From contig NC_043021.1 in the NCBI RefSeq assembly GCF_006345805.1, forward strand, positions 6,448,001-6,512,000: a stretch of 64,000 nucleotides of DNA. The letters run 5' to 3'. Numbering within the stretch: position 1 is the stretch's first letter; each line of letters starts with the position of its first letter. Positions 11,538-25,251 of this stretch are shown piece by piece. A program made the position numbers and the translations under genes. The notes below the pieces were generated by a model, which did no database searches, had not been told where the DNA came from, and saw nothing but the letters and a program-made list of their open reading frames with translations. This stretch comes from Octopus sinensis. Its lineage: Eukaryota.

Positions 11538-12565
11538 GTAGAACTGAATGATATCACTGGGCTGTGTGTGTATCACTTGGTTGGTAGTGTGATATCTGGT
11601 TGATAAATAATACTGAATGTTATAAAACATACGACTGAAGCATACATACACACAGGCGTTAACCATCCCATTTCTACGAAAAGGAAGCCATCCACCCAAG
11701 ATATACACCCAGAAACTGTATGATGTATGATCTGAGAAGTCAATATGTATACATATATATATTTTTTTTATTGGAAATATGTGATATCTACAACGATCTA
11801 CCTCCATATATACACACAGAAAACCAGCCAAATCCCAATACGCACTGTGATATATATATATATATGTGTGTATGTTTGTGTGTGTGTGTGTGTGATGGGT
11901 TAGCTATGAGATATCCTGATATAACCACAGTAGGCAGTCGTGTCGTGTGTATATTCGTTGGCTGTGTGATATCTAATTTGACAGAAAGCCCGAAAGACGC
12001 ATACAACATATAAACACGGAGACAGTTATCCTATATACACAGTGACAGAGAGAGAAGGAGGGAAAGAGGAAGGAAGTCAGGCTCTGATATTGCGCTTAAA
12101 CAACAACACATTTTTAAAAACATAACAGAAACAGGAAGAAAAAAAAATCCCTCCACAGACAATAAAAAATATTCCATGAATCTTTTCAGCACCCACCTTT
12201 CTTTCTTTCTTTCTTTTTTTTTTTGTTTTTTCAAATCAGTTCTGTTTCGGTTTGATTAGGTTTACTAAATGAGAACTGTTCTTTATCGGCTATCGTGTCT
12301 CCTCCTGTCTCAGTTGCCATTTATGTGAGTGAGTGAGTAAGTGTGTATGTATGTATGTATATATGTCTATGCGTGCGTGCGTGCGAGCGTGAGAGAGAGA
12401 TAGATAGATAGATAGATAGACAGACAGAGAGAGAAAGAGAGAGAGAGAGTGAGAGTGTGAGAGTTAAATATTACTTTGTACAAGTGTCCAATTTTCTATC
12501 CATGTTGACATCATATAGACAGCCATATATGTATTGCTGTGTATGTATGTAAATATAAATATATT

Positions 12566-12603
<38 letters not shown>

Positions 12604-13419
12604 TATATGTATCTATACAATAATATGTTACATTACTCGATAGTCAAGATAAAACTCTGAGTTTCAGATGCCGAAGTGGAAATCCACAACACCATCTCTT
12701 CGGTTATCTGGCTATTTATATATATGTATATATATATGTGTATATATATATATATATGTGTGTGTGTGCGGTTCTGTTTTCGTGCGTGTGTATAGGGGGG
12801 GGGGCAGGAATAGTTGGTTGTGTGTGTGTGTATGTGTGGATAACTGGTTACGTGAACGTGTGAATGCGCGTGTGACCGTGGATGTGTGGATGCGCGCGCG
12901 CGTATATATGGGATAGCATGATTCTGAGAGGGGAAATAGCTGGCTGGCTGGATGTGTATATTGGCTAGTTCTGTGTATATAGGGGAGAAGAAGAGATGTT
13001 GCTGGTCGTGTGTGCGTGATTTAAGGGATTCTATTGATATCACATTCTATCAGCTATAACCTAACACACGCTCCAGTTTGTACAACGTACATATCACATA
13101 GCCTTCGTATATTTATGAATGAAATATGGATAGCTTCTTCTCCCTTTGCTCTGTGCGTATGTGATATAAACTGGCCAACGCATATATTGTACACACATTT
13201 TTCGTCATTTTTTTTTTACCAGCTAGATATCACACATCACTAAACAAAAGATACGTCACTGTCCAGTGAATAGGTTTTAGATATCAGATGGCAACATATG
13301 CTGTTACATACGTTAGCCAACCAAATGTCACACGTGTATCAGTCAGCTGTCCAGATTTCACTAATCGCGAAGTCACGTTTTAAATTGTTGTTACGACATT
13401 ACAACCACAGACACACCCA

Positions 13420-13998
13420 CCAACAAACCTTCACTTACCACTGTCACAATAACCTACACATTTTCACACACCACTGTCACACTAACCCACAAACTTTCAC
13501 TCTCTACTGTCACACCAATAATTAATTATCTTCATAATACTTAGGTAAAATACATCAACTCTTACACTAAAAAACACAAAATAGGGTATCTAATTCTAGT
13601 TTATTTTTTAAATTTCAAAGTACCTTCACTCTCCACTGTCACATAAACCCACAAACCGTCACTCATCGCTGTCACATTAACCTACAAACCTTCACTCACC
13701 ACTGTCACATTAACCCACAAACCTTCACTCACCACTGTCACACTAACCCACAAACCTTCACTCACCACTGTCACACTAACCCACAAACATTCACTCACCA
13801 CTGTCACACTAACCCACAAACCTTCACTCTCCACTGTCACATAAACCCACAAACCGTCACTCACCGCTGTCACATTAACCCCACAAACCTTCACTCACCA
13901 CTGTCACACTAACCCACAAACCTTCACTCACCACTGTCACACTAACCCACAAACCTTCACTCACCACTGTCACACTAACCCACAAACCTTCACTCACT
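13420..13998. repeat. 33-bp minisatellite (about 11 copies 13622-13998 plus about 3 older copies 13420-13520)
   Basis: Unit ccttcactcaccactgtcacactaacccacaaa. Confidence 0.95.
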
Positions 13999-15160
13999 TA
14001 TTCCCAAAGGTCACCCAACCAAGCTTTGTTCTTTTGATTTGAGAAGAGCATTTCACAGATCCTTAACATATTACTATGGTCAGATTCAATGTCACTGTGT
14101 GACAAAACTGGCCCCTTTTGGTATCAACCCACCTGAGACTGTGCCTGGTTCTATGATACAAACTTTATAGTTTTAAAGTGATCTAAATTAAAAGCCTTCT
14201 TCAAGATTTCCTGTTAATTTAATTTCCAAACACCAGCTTAATAATAACGAAGCTAATTTACTAAATTCTTCGTTATTTCAAAAATTAACTGAAAAAAAAG
14301 GCAATGCATTGCAACAAAAATATGTTGATAAAAGTGTTAAATCATAGACACGGCTTACCTTGTGTTATATTGTCACTGACTAAGTAATCTACAGAAACAT
14401 GCTTTTAATGCAAATATCTTCAAGAAAATCAATGAGACCACTGCAAGGGCCAAGTCCTTATGGTAGTGTGGTGGCAATATCTGACCAAAATATTTTATCT
14501 GTTTCATCTTCAGATCAGCCAGGGTTGGCCTCTCACACCTACCCTACAACGTCATTTTAAAAATAAACAATCACATCACCAAAATCTCAAAGCTATGAGA
14601 TAGCAAATCATCAATTCAAAATGATGCGAATAAATAAGCATTGCATTTGAGAAAATAATCTGAATGCTAAAGGGTTAATGACCTCTATGTGCCTTAATGA
14701 CCCTGTTACCCTAGTGGTATAATATTGGAACAAAAGTTCCTAGTAAGGCCTCCCATGATGGACAAGTCAGACGACAGAAGCCACAGTAATATGGTTCATT
14801 TTTTCCCAAAGGTAAAAAAAAAGGGTTTCTGAAGGGTCAACATCCCTACCTAGAAGATAGGCAAAGTTATAGAAGATTTGATGATGATTCAAATCCAACA
14901 AAACCAACAAATAAAAGGAAGGCCTTCCCTGAAGAAAGCACATGACAAGGAAGAAGAGGGGATACCCTGAAAATAGCTGCAGGTGGGACACTGTGGCAGA
15001 GTTGGAAAACAAGGGGTCCAACTAAAGACAAGAAGAAAAGATGGACCTGAATCAAGAAAAATGGGAAAAAATTCATCACTGGCCTAGCCTCTACAGGAAA
15101 CGAAGGACTCAAAGAGTAAGAAAAGAAGACAGTATATGATAAGGCTGGTCATTTTAATTA

Positions 15161-16334
15161 CAGATACAGTCCAAACAATAAACATTCACCCAGTTCAATG
15201 TAGTCAGGTTCTGTAACAGATCTTGGACGATTGGAAATCATGCTAGAAGACACTTCATCAAGCCACTGTCCAGACGCAATACAACCAATAAACATTCACC
15301 CAGTTCAATGTAGACAGGTTATGTAACAAAGCTTGGACAATTGGAAACCATACTAGAAGACATTTGACCAAGCTGCTGTCCAGATACAGTCCAGCCAATG
15401 AACATTCGCCCAGTTCAATGTAGTCAGGTTCTGTAACAGAGTTTGGAGAACTGGAAACAATGCCAGAAGACTCTTGACCAAACCACTTTCCAGATAGAGT
15501 CCAACCAATAAACATTAACCCGGTTCAAAGTAGTCAATTTCAGTAACAAAGCTTGGACAATAGGAGACCATGCTAGAAGACACTTGACTATGTCACAGTC
15601 CAGATACAGTCCTGCCAATAAATATTCACCCAGTTCAGTTGTACTCAGATTCATTGATACAGCTTGATCAACTGGAAATCATAGTAGAAGACACTTGACC
15701 AAGCCCAGTCCAGATACAGTATAACCAATAAACATTCACCCAGTCCAATGTATTAGTTTCAGTAACAAAGCTTGGACAATTGGAAACCATAGAAGATTCT
15801 TTACCAAACCACTGTCCAGATATAGTCCAGCCAATAAATATTCACCCAGGTCAATGTAGTCAGGTTCTGTATCAAAGCATGGACAATCAGAAACCATGGT
15901 AGAAGACGACCAAGCCATGGTCCAGATACAATCCAGCCAATCAACATTCACCCAGTTCAATGTAGTCAGGTTCTGTAACAAAGCTTGGACAATTGGAAAC
16001 CATGCCAGAAGACCTTGACCAAGCCACAGTCCAGATACAGTCCAGCCAATAAACATTCACACAAATCAATGTACTCAGGTTCAGTAACAAAGCTTGGACG
16101 ATAAGAGACCATGGTTAGAAGACACTTGACCAAACCACTGTCCACATACAGTCCAGCCAATAAACATTCACCCAGTTTTAGTAACAAAGCTTGGACAATT
16201 GGAAACCAAGCTAGAAGACACTTGAGAAAGCCAATGTCCAGATACAGCCCAGGTAATGTACATTCATATAGTTCAATTTACTTAGTTTCACTGACAAAGC
16301 TTGGACAATCAGAAGAAGACACTTGACCAAGCCA
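15161..16334. repeat. About 110-bp tandem satellite, about 11 diverged units
   Basis: cagatacagtcc starts at 15161, 15271, 15381, 15491, 15601, 15711, 15817, 15923, 16032, 16142, 16239. Confidence 0.95.
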
Positions 16335-16739
16335 CTTTTTTTCTCTTTTGGTATCAGACCAAAGATCTCATAATTAAAAAATTAAGTACTTTAATCTTTT
16401 AGTCTTATCTGCAACTTAACCCACTGATAAACAAACCTTCACTCATCATTCACCATCAGCCATCACAACTGGTCACAATTCCTTCATTAGTCTGACCATG
16501 GCCACGGAAAGCCCCCAGGATGCAAGACTAAGTAGATAAAAGACTTCACATTTGTTGATGGAAGTCCTGTGCTGCTGAACTTAGGCTGTTTATGTGAGGT
16601 GACCTTTGCAAAGAGTTGCTACGGAAACAGTAAAATTTCATCATTACATCAGCTGACCTTTTAAAACATTCTATTGAAAATAGAAACAGATAATCCATCT
16701 ACAGATGAAGGATGTTGGACCAAAATTAAAATGTGGTGG

Positions 16740-16754
16740 TGGGGGTGGCGGCAA

Positions 16755-16786
<32 letters not shown>

Positions 16787-16898
16787 GTGAGGTGGGTGAT
16801 GGTTATCACAATGATGATGATGATGAGGGGGTGGGCATGGTAATTGTGATGATGATAATGGCGCTGATAATGACGGTCATTAATTATCACCAAAAGCA

Positions 16899-16932
<34 letters not shown>

Positions 16933-17101
16933 CACTGCTATTGTCCTCAGCAGCACCACTCTCACTGACTGTCATCGCGATCACCATCACCATCATCACC
17001 ACTATCATCATTACAGTTCCCATCACTTCCACCATCACCATAACCACTACCACCACCCCCACCCTCATCACCATCACAGTACCCCCATTATCATCCTAAT
17101 C

Positions 17102-17132
<31 letters not shown>

Positions 17133-17380
17133 CCACTACCACCAGCACCACCTCCACCACCACTACCACCAGCACCACCTCCACCACCACCACCACCAAC
17201 ACCACCACTACCAGCACCACCGGTACCACCACCACCACCACCATCACCACCACACCACCACCATCACCACCACCACCACCACCACCACCACCAGCACCAG
17301 CACCACCTCCACCACTACCACCACCACCACTACCACCGCCACCACCACCACCACCACCTCCATCGCCACCACCGCTATGT
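16740..17380. repeat. Compound trinucleotide microsatellites (GAT, CAG, CAC)
   Basis: Direct reading. Confidence 0.9.
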
Positions 17381-18150
17381 TTGTATTTCTTTCATGTCAT
17401 CAATTTGACAAATGTTTCTCTGGAATGTGAAAGACCTGAGACTAACTTTTTGGTCTTTTATTTTTATCATCTCCTCTCAGAAGAAACTCTAAACATCTTT
17501 AAGATACAATCTCACTACCAACCACCACCTCATCCCCCCCTCCGCCGCTGTTTCCGTCCTCTGCTACCTGAGCCACTGGCTCTCAACCACGCACACACAC
17601 ACGCACATACATTTACATCCAACACTTACCACTTCCACATGGTAGTGTCCCTGTCTGTGCAGTACCCACCACCGCCACCTCCGACACACAGACACACAGA
17701 CACCAAACACTGACCAATGGTTTTAGTTAAGCTACTTCACCTGGTATTCGGTGTCTTTAAACGAAACCACTTGTTTATCCTGCAAGGAAATTTCTACATG
17801 GGCATTGTCCCTGCAAAAAATAGCAGCTACAACTCCTTCAAACAACACCCTTCTTTCTTTCTTTCTTTCTTTCTTCCTTCCTTTTTTCTTTCTTTCTTTC
17901 TTTCTATACCACCAAGTCAACAGAACCCCTGGTGACACCCTTAATAAGTAACAGGTGCTTGTCATGGAATTTTCAGGAAAGAATTCAAAATTTGCCTTCC
18001 TTCAGTTATTTTTTTACAAGGCGTCATCTTGCTGGCTTTGTCACAGATAAGTTTGTCACAACTGACTAGAAACCCAGAAATGGAAGAACCAAAACGAATA
18101 TTGCAAACCATTTCATACAAGATTGGAATTTTATTCCATCAACCCTAAAA

Positions 18151-18591
18151 GCAGTGAGCTGGCAGAATTGCTAGCACACTGGGCAAAATACCTAGCGATG
18201 TTTCGTCTGCCGCTACGTTCTGAGTTCAAATTCTGCCCAAGTCGACTTTGCCTTTCATCCTTTCGGGGGTCGATTAAATAAGTATCAGTTATGCACTGGG
18301 GTCGATATAATTGACTTAATCCATTTGTCTGTCCTTGTTTGTCCCCTCTGTGTTTAGCTCCTTGTGGGCAGTAAAGAAATAAGGATTGTTAGCATGTCGG
18401 GTGAAATGTTTATCAGTATTTTGTTCACCTTTACATTCTGAGTTCAAATTCCACCACGGTTGTCTTTGCTTTTCATCCTTTCGGGATCAATAAAATAGGT
18501 ACAAGGTGGAGGGAGTGGGGCTCCGTGAAATTGGCTAGTCCCCTCCCCTGAAATTTCAGGCCTTGTGCCTATAGTTGAAAGGATCATATTA
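18151..18591 (+). mobile_element. SINE family B, two consecutive copies
   Basis: gagctggcagaattg...gagttcaaattc...ctttgcctttcatcctttcggggg, then a second degenerate copy with B2 end. Confidence 0.85.
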
Positions 18592-18990
18592 ACCCTGGAA
18601 GAATAAAAAGCTAAGTTAACATGAGCAAGAGTTCAACAATATGCAACAGTCTGAGAATAATCACTTTTGAGCTAAGAATACTCAATGCTAGATAAAAAAA
18701 AAAGGGTAGTTGTTGTAAGGGACAATTAAAAGGCATTGAGAAAGGCACGCTTTAAAATGTCCTGTCCAACCTATGCCAACATGGAGCAGCAGACACAACA
18801 ATGAGGGTCATGGCTGGAATGCTTTTGAATATAGGTCTGCTTGAAATGAAGGAGGGATCACTTCAGGCTAACCAACAATGATTGGTTTCTTTGACACTTT
18901 ACTACACTCTCTCTTTCCCTCCCTGCACTTTTCATTCAACTCAATCTCTCTCCCTCTTTCAGACCATCTGTGCAATGTGTGCATGCGTAT

Positions 18991-19394
18991 ACTCTTTACT
19001 CTTTTACTCTTTTACCTGTTTCAGTCATTTGACTGCGGCCATGCTGGAGCACTGCCTTTAATCGAGCAACTCGACCCCAGGACTTATTCTTTGGAAGCCT
19101 AGTACATATTCTATCAGTCTCTTTTGCCGAACCGCTAAGTTACAGGGACGTAAACACACCAGCATCGGTTGTCAAGCGATGTTGGGGGGACAAACACAGA
19201 CACACAAACACACATATACTTATACATATATACAACGGGCTTCTTTCAGTTTTCGTCTATCAAATCCACTCACAAGGCATTGGTTGGCCCGGGGCTATAG
19301 TAGAAGACACTTGCCCAAGATGCCACACAGTGGGACTGAATCCGGAACCATGTGGTTGGTAAGCAAGCTACTTACCACACAGCCATTCCTACGC

Positions 19395-19396
<2 letters not shown>
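18991..19396 (-). mobile_element. SINE family A, full length
   Basis: Reverse complement of the family A consensus, tail to head. Confidence 0.92.
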
Positions 19397-19428
<32 letters not shown>

Positions 19429-20474
19429 GTCTATGCGTATGTACTTAGTATAGTTATGTATATATATCAGTGTGTGCGTGCGTGCGTGCACTTTTAGCAA
19501 AGCAACAAATGAGCTGTATCATTAGTGCCAGGTAGCATGTATTACAGAATAGTTCGTGTCCTTGTGCTTTGAATTCAAATTCCTCTGAGGTCAACTTCAA
19601 CTCGTACCCTTTGAAGGAGGTCAATAAAACAGTCAGGGACCGAGGACAGTTTGATAACTCGATCTCTGCACCTAAATTCTTCTCCTTGTACTCAAGTTAG
19701 AAATTATTGATAGGGATCAGAATATAAGCAAACCAATAAGGGACATTAGAATAAGGGACGAAATACTTCATTGTATTCGTTCCATCCCTCTGAATTCAAA
19801 TTCAATCACTTGTCACGAGCCTTCTTGAAGCAGGAAATTGGTCCTTCTGGGATCTGGCTAATTATGATAGGGTACCAATGTTAGGTAGATTGTCAACAAA
19901 AGGGGTCCTGTTTTTGTCACCTTAATGATCATAGATAACAGAAAACCTGGACAGGGGAGAAAATCGTGAATCTTAAGCTTTGAATGAATAAATAAACTCC
20001 ACTTAGATGCGTTCCATTTCTGGCTCTACACAAGAGTATAGACGTGTGTGTGTGTGTGTGTGTGTATACGTACATATACACAAGCATACACAACAGACTC
20101 CCTAACAACAGGAATAGCAACAAGAAATAGAAGCATCAGAACTTTAAAGAGATATGAAGATGAAGTAGGTGAGGCATTGTGTCTGAGGGAGAGAGAGAGA
20201 GGGAGAGAGAGAGAGAGAGGGAGGGAGGGAGAGAGAGAGAGAGGAGGGGAAAGGGAGGATTTTTGAGAAAGTGAGAAACAGAGAAAGAGACAGAGAGATG
20301 GAGAGAAAGACAAAGAGTGAGAGAGAGAAAAAAAGAGATAGAATAAAGAGTAAGTCAGAGAGAGAGAGAGAGAGAGATAGAAAGAGAGAGAGAGAGAAAG
20401 TGGAGAGAAGAGAAATATTGAGAAAGTGAGAAAGACAGTGAAAGAGACACAGATTGAGAGAAAGACAAATAGTA

Positions 20475-20505
<31 letters not shown>

Positions 20506-20761
20506 AAGTGGAGAGAAGAGAAATATTGAGAAAGTGAGAAAGACAAACAGTGAAAGAGAGAGAGAGATAGAAAGACAAATAGTAAGAGAGAGGGAGAGAG
20601 AGAGGGAAAAAGAGAGAGAAGCTATGTATGTGTGTAGTGAGCTGTGTGTATACATCAAAGAATCTATATTCTATTGATTCACAGCTGTAACTGTATATAG
20701 GTTTAGAAATAGCATGAATGGAGACACACAGACATTGTGTTACAGTCATGAGATAAAGGAC

Positions 20762-20848
<87 letters not shown>

Positions 20849-21048
20849 GTATGCACACGTGGATATCTTTATGTGTGTGTTTGTGCGTGTGTGTACACAT
20901 ACATATATACATACACATACATACACATATATACAACTGTGTGTGTACATACACACACACACATAGACACATTCATATACACACATATCATCATCATCAT
21001 CATCACCACCACCACCACCACCACCACCACCCCACCACCACCACCACC

Positions 21049-21096
<48 letters not shown>

Positions 21097-21440
21097 TCAA
21101 TGTCTACTTTTCCATGCTTTCAGGGATCAGACAAGAGCATATAAGGGCAGAATTTTTTTTTTTTTACAGTTGCTTTCCTTTTTCTTTTTCTTTTTGACAC
21201 CATCCTCCACTTGCTTCCAAACGAGGTAACATTCTTGCAATGTATCAAAAAAGAAACAATGCAGACATAATTACAGTGAGAACTGGAAACAAACGGCACC
21301 ATCGGAAGAATGAGCCTTCCATTTATGAAGACTGCACAACGTGTCAAGAAAGCCAAAAAAAAATTTGGACATGCACTCGCGGTGGATTGTTAGAAACAAC
21401 ACCGTCTGCACGGACAGCCAAGCCGTTGTTTACAACCACT

Positions 21441-21837
21441 GAGAGAGGGAGAGGAAGCACTCCGTTGGTTATGACGACGAGGGTTTCGGTTGATCCGAAT
21501 CAACGGAACAGCCTGCTCATGAAATTAACGTGCAAATGGCTGAGCACTCCACAGACACGTGTACCCTTAACGTAGTTCTCGGGGATATTCAGTGTTACAC
21601 AGAGAGTGACAAGGCCGACCCTTTGAAATACAGGTACAACAGAAACAGGAAGTAAAAGTGAGAGAAAGTTGTGGTGAAAGTGTACAGCAGGGATCACCAC
21701 CATCCCCTGCCGGAGCCTCGTGGAGCTTTAGGTGATTTCGCTCAATAAACACTCACAAACGCCCGGTCTGGGAATCGAAACCGCGATCCTACGACCACGA
21801 GTTCGCTGCCCTAACCACTGGGTCATTGCGCCTCCAC
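21441..21837 (-). mobile_element. tRNA-derived SINE family C3
   Basis: Minus strand gtggaggcgcaatgacccagtggttagggcagcgaactcgtggtcgtaggatcgcggtttcgattcccagacc (A/B boxes, TCG anticodon-like loop), unique body. Confidence 0.8.
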
Positions 21838-22159
21838 AACCACTGAACATACGTAATGACAACGAGAACCAGGACTCACAAAACATGCACACAGAAAACA
21901 GTTACATATACATACATGATGGACGAACACCTTTCATCTTGAAACCAAAGATGGTCGTTTTTCTTCTAGCACTGACTTAAGCCCCTCAAGCTGCTTGAAT
22001 TCGAAAAATTAAACTACGTTAAACTTACAAATTACAATTTTCTCTAGAAAGCCAAGAGATAAAAATGTAGTATTTTGACACATTCTACCAGTATACGAAG
22101 TTTAAAAGTGTTTAGTTAACTAGATATTGTGTTGAAAACTGCCGTTCAAAAGGAAAAGA

Positions 22160-22632
22160 TCCGCAGATCTTCTTCGTTATCATTTGGCTTGGGTTTAAAA
22201 GTTCAAAGTGGACTAAACCTTTAATATCCCACCAAACAGATAACAACACATTATGTGAGTGAAGACCCTCTTTAGCCTGGGATGCCGGTGTTTCTGCTTT
22301 CCCTACCACTCTCTTTGGCGTTTGAGATTTTTATAGAGAACCCATTTCTCATCACCAGTCAGTATTTGGTCCCAAAAAGGTTCATTCGTGAGACATGACT
22401 GCAAAGAAGAGCACACGTTCACTCTCCACACACAATTAGACTCAGAAAGTTTGTGAGGAACCTATTGACCCAACATGCTGACTTTTCTGATGGCATGCAG
22501 AAGTCAATGAATGGTTGATTGACCAAATTCAAGCTTCTCTGCTAGTTCCTCAACAGTTATGATGGGATTTTGCTCCACCAGAATTTGCAGGATGTCCTCG
22601 TCAAGCTCTAAATATCTTCCGAAATAGGCCTG
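22160..22632 (-). pseudogene. Decayed mariner transposase (HTH to catalytic N-half)
   Basis: GR..ELDEDILQILVEQNP..TVEELAEKL..GQSTI, (W)VPHKLSE, ILTGDEKWVLYKN.KRQREW, KEGLHSHNVLLSVWWDIKGLVHFELL. Confidence 0.9.
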
Positions 22633-22968
22633 TCTCCTAGGTTGTAGTTTCTGAGACATTGCCCCAGCATGGCCACAGTCTAATGACCAAAAAAGTAAAA
22701 GATACACACACACACACAAGTATACTCTTTTACTCTTTTACTTGTTTCAGTCATTTGACTGTGGCCATGCTGGAGCACCGCCTTTAGTCGAGCAAATCGA
22801 CCCCAGTACTTATTCTTTGTAAGCCTAGTACTTATTCTATCAGTCTCTTTTGCCAAATTGCTAAGTTACGGGGACGTAATCACACCATCTTCAGTTGTCA
22901 AGCGATGTTGGGGGACAAACACAGACACACAAACATACACACACACATACTATATGTATATATATATA

Positions 22969-23123
22969 GGGTGAGTTTATGAAAAAAACAAAACACGAAG
23001 ACAGGTGGTATACAAAACAAACAGATGTATTAGTATAACGCTCAGGAATAGAAAAAGTCTTTTACGTTTCGAGCCTACGCTCTTCTACAGAAAGGGACAC
23101 AGAAAAAACAAGGAGAGAAAAAA

Positions 23124-23125
<2 letters not shown>
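22969..23125 (-). mobile_element. Penelope-like pLTR fragment with hammerhead-like motif, flanked by (TA)n
   Basis: Minus strand ...ccctttctgtagaagagcgtaggctcgaaacgtaaaagac...; (TA)n on both sides. Confidence 0.6.
23059..23094 (-). ncRNA. Hammerhead-like fold with non-canonical core CUGUAGA
   Basis: Stem I CUUU/AAAG, core CUGUAGA, extra A, stem II GAGC/GCUC, GAAA-CG-UA. Confidence 0.5.
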
Positions 23126-23166
<41 letters not shown>

Positions 23167-23324
23167 TACAATGGGCTTCTTTCAGTTTCTGTCTACCAAA
23201 TCCACTCACAAGGCTTTGGTCAACCCATGGCTATAGTAGAAGACACTTGCCCAAGTTGCCATGTAATAGGACTGGACCCGTAACCATGTGGTTCGGGAAG
23301 CAAGCTTCTCTAACTTTGCCTTTT

Positions 23325-23520
23325 TCTTGGTCGTGCTGATGACCCTACGCAAACCCATTTTTTACTTCTGGGAAGAGGTGGGTCCATATTAGTTTGGCCT
23401 CTGTATTCTGACCTGTCTAGCTTGGAAGGCCCTACTTGAAGCTTATACTGGTCTAGCATAGTGCTGAGGGCCATTGAGGAACACAAGCCACCACCAAACT
23501 ACAACAAGCACTGGACCTTG
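23325..23520 (-). mobile_element. Possible RTE-clade LINE 5' UTR remnant
   Basis: Minus strand ggcttgtgttcctcaatggccctcagcactatgct...gtagggccttccaagctagacaggtc...ggtttgcgtagggtcatcagc resembles the RTE 5' region as I recall it; not database-checked. Confidence 0.4.
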
Positions 23521-23968
23521 TATTGGCTGACTATTCTCTTTGGCAAGGCCAGAATGGATGTATGTGTGTGTGTGTGTGTGTGTGTGTTTTAAGGGATCAT
23601 TAAAATAATAACCATTCAAATAATAGGGGGGGGAGTAATGGGAGTGTAATGGTTGGGGTGGGGGAAGGATGATAGGTGGGGGTTGAATTAATCAACTCTA
23701 TCTGCTTCTTTCTTTGAAAAAATTTCGTGAGTGTTCTGTAACGAATTTACGAGCAAATATTTCTTCGCAATTACCAACAGAATGGGGGAGTTTGGAGATG
23801 TGTGAGGGCGGGGTGCAGTGGGGGTGGTAATAGCTGGCAGAACAAAAAAACCCCCTCTCTACCCCTCCCTACATAATTGCTGGAAATTTGTGGCCGTTCA
23901 GTACCATAAGGTCATTATTTATTCTCTGACCGTTTCTGCAAAATTAAACGTATGTATGGATGTGTGTA

Positions 23969-24005
<37 letters not shown>

Positions 24006-24062
24006 CATCCATGCCAGCATGGAGTGTGGATGTTAAATAATGATGATGATATATATATACAT

Positions 24063-24148
<86 letters not shown>

Positions 24149-24378
24149 CATATATATATACACACACACACAGATATATATATACATTTATATATACATA
24201 TATGCAGACACACACACACACACACAGGCATACACTTATGAAAATGGTGAATTGTTTTAAGCATTCTTGGATAAAACTAGAGAAAAGTCTTAGAGAATCT
24301 TTTCATTCCCCAAAATTGTTATTATAATTATTATTGTTATTGCTCTTCTTCTTCTTCATCTTCTTCTTCTTCTTCTTC

Positions 24379-24418
<40 letters not shown>

Positions 24419-24451
24419 CATTATTATTATTATTATTATCATTATTATATT

Positions 24452-24497
<46 letters not shown>

Positions 24498-25192
24498 TTA
24501 TTATTGTTCTGGTAATATTCTTGAAAGTTCTCTAAAATCGTTTAGGCTCTTGGGGGAATTGGATCAATACCACATTGAGTTGAGTGCCTTTTATCAATCT
24601 TCTTTTATCAATCTGATTCTCCTTGGTGCTGGCATTATCGGTCTACCTGTCTATCTACCTGTCTATCTACCTTTCTATTTTCTCTCTCTCTCTCTCTCTC
24701 TCTCATCTTTCCTTACTGCAACACACCTACCCCACTTTTTTCTTCTTCACACCCTCTCCGTAGTACACTCTCTTTACCTGTCTCTATTCCCCTCCCCCCT
24801 CTACCTATTCTACTCCCTACAGGTGAAATTCGGTGCTAGCCTACAAAGAGGTTTGCACGTAACCTCTCTATCCCTCACCCTCTCTCTCAATCTCAAACTT
24901 TCACTTTTTCCTCCTCACCTCACTTTCACTGTTAACCTCCTTCTCTCTCCCTCCCCTTCTCTCCTACTCTTTCTGTCCTCTTACTCCTACTTTCTTACTC
25001 CCACCATCAGTCTGTCTTTCTCGCCATCACATATTTCACAGATTACCTTTTAAGGTGCTTCAAAGACATTCAGACATCTTCATGACTTCCATGTAAACTA
25101 ATGGGGTGTCAGAGAGAGAGACAGAAAAGAGGGAGAGTGAGAGTAACTTCAAAGTTTCAGCCAGCTAAAAACAAGCATTAGTATATATGTAT

Positions 25193-25223
<31 letters not shown>

Positions 25224-25251
25224 CATATACATACATATATATATATATATA

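Larger units (their letters stand above)
22724..23312 (-). mobile_element. SINE family A split by an insertion in its internal (TA)n
   Basis: 3' half 22724-22968 and 5' half about 23126-23312 flank the 22969-23125 insert. Confidence 0.85.

Noticed and set aside
14780-15130. Possible LINE ORF1 remnant
   Set aside because: Composition is suggestive, but there are multiple stops and no diagnostic motif I can support
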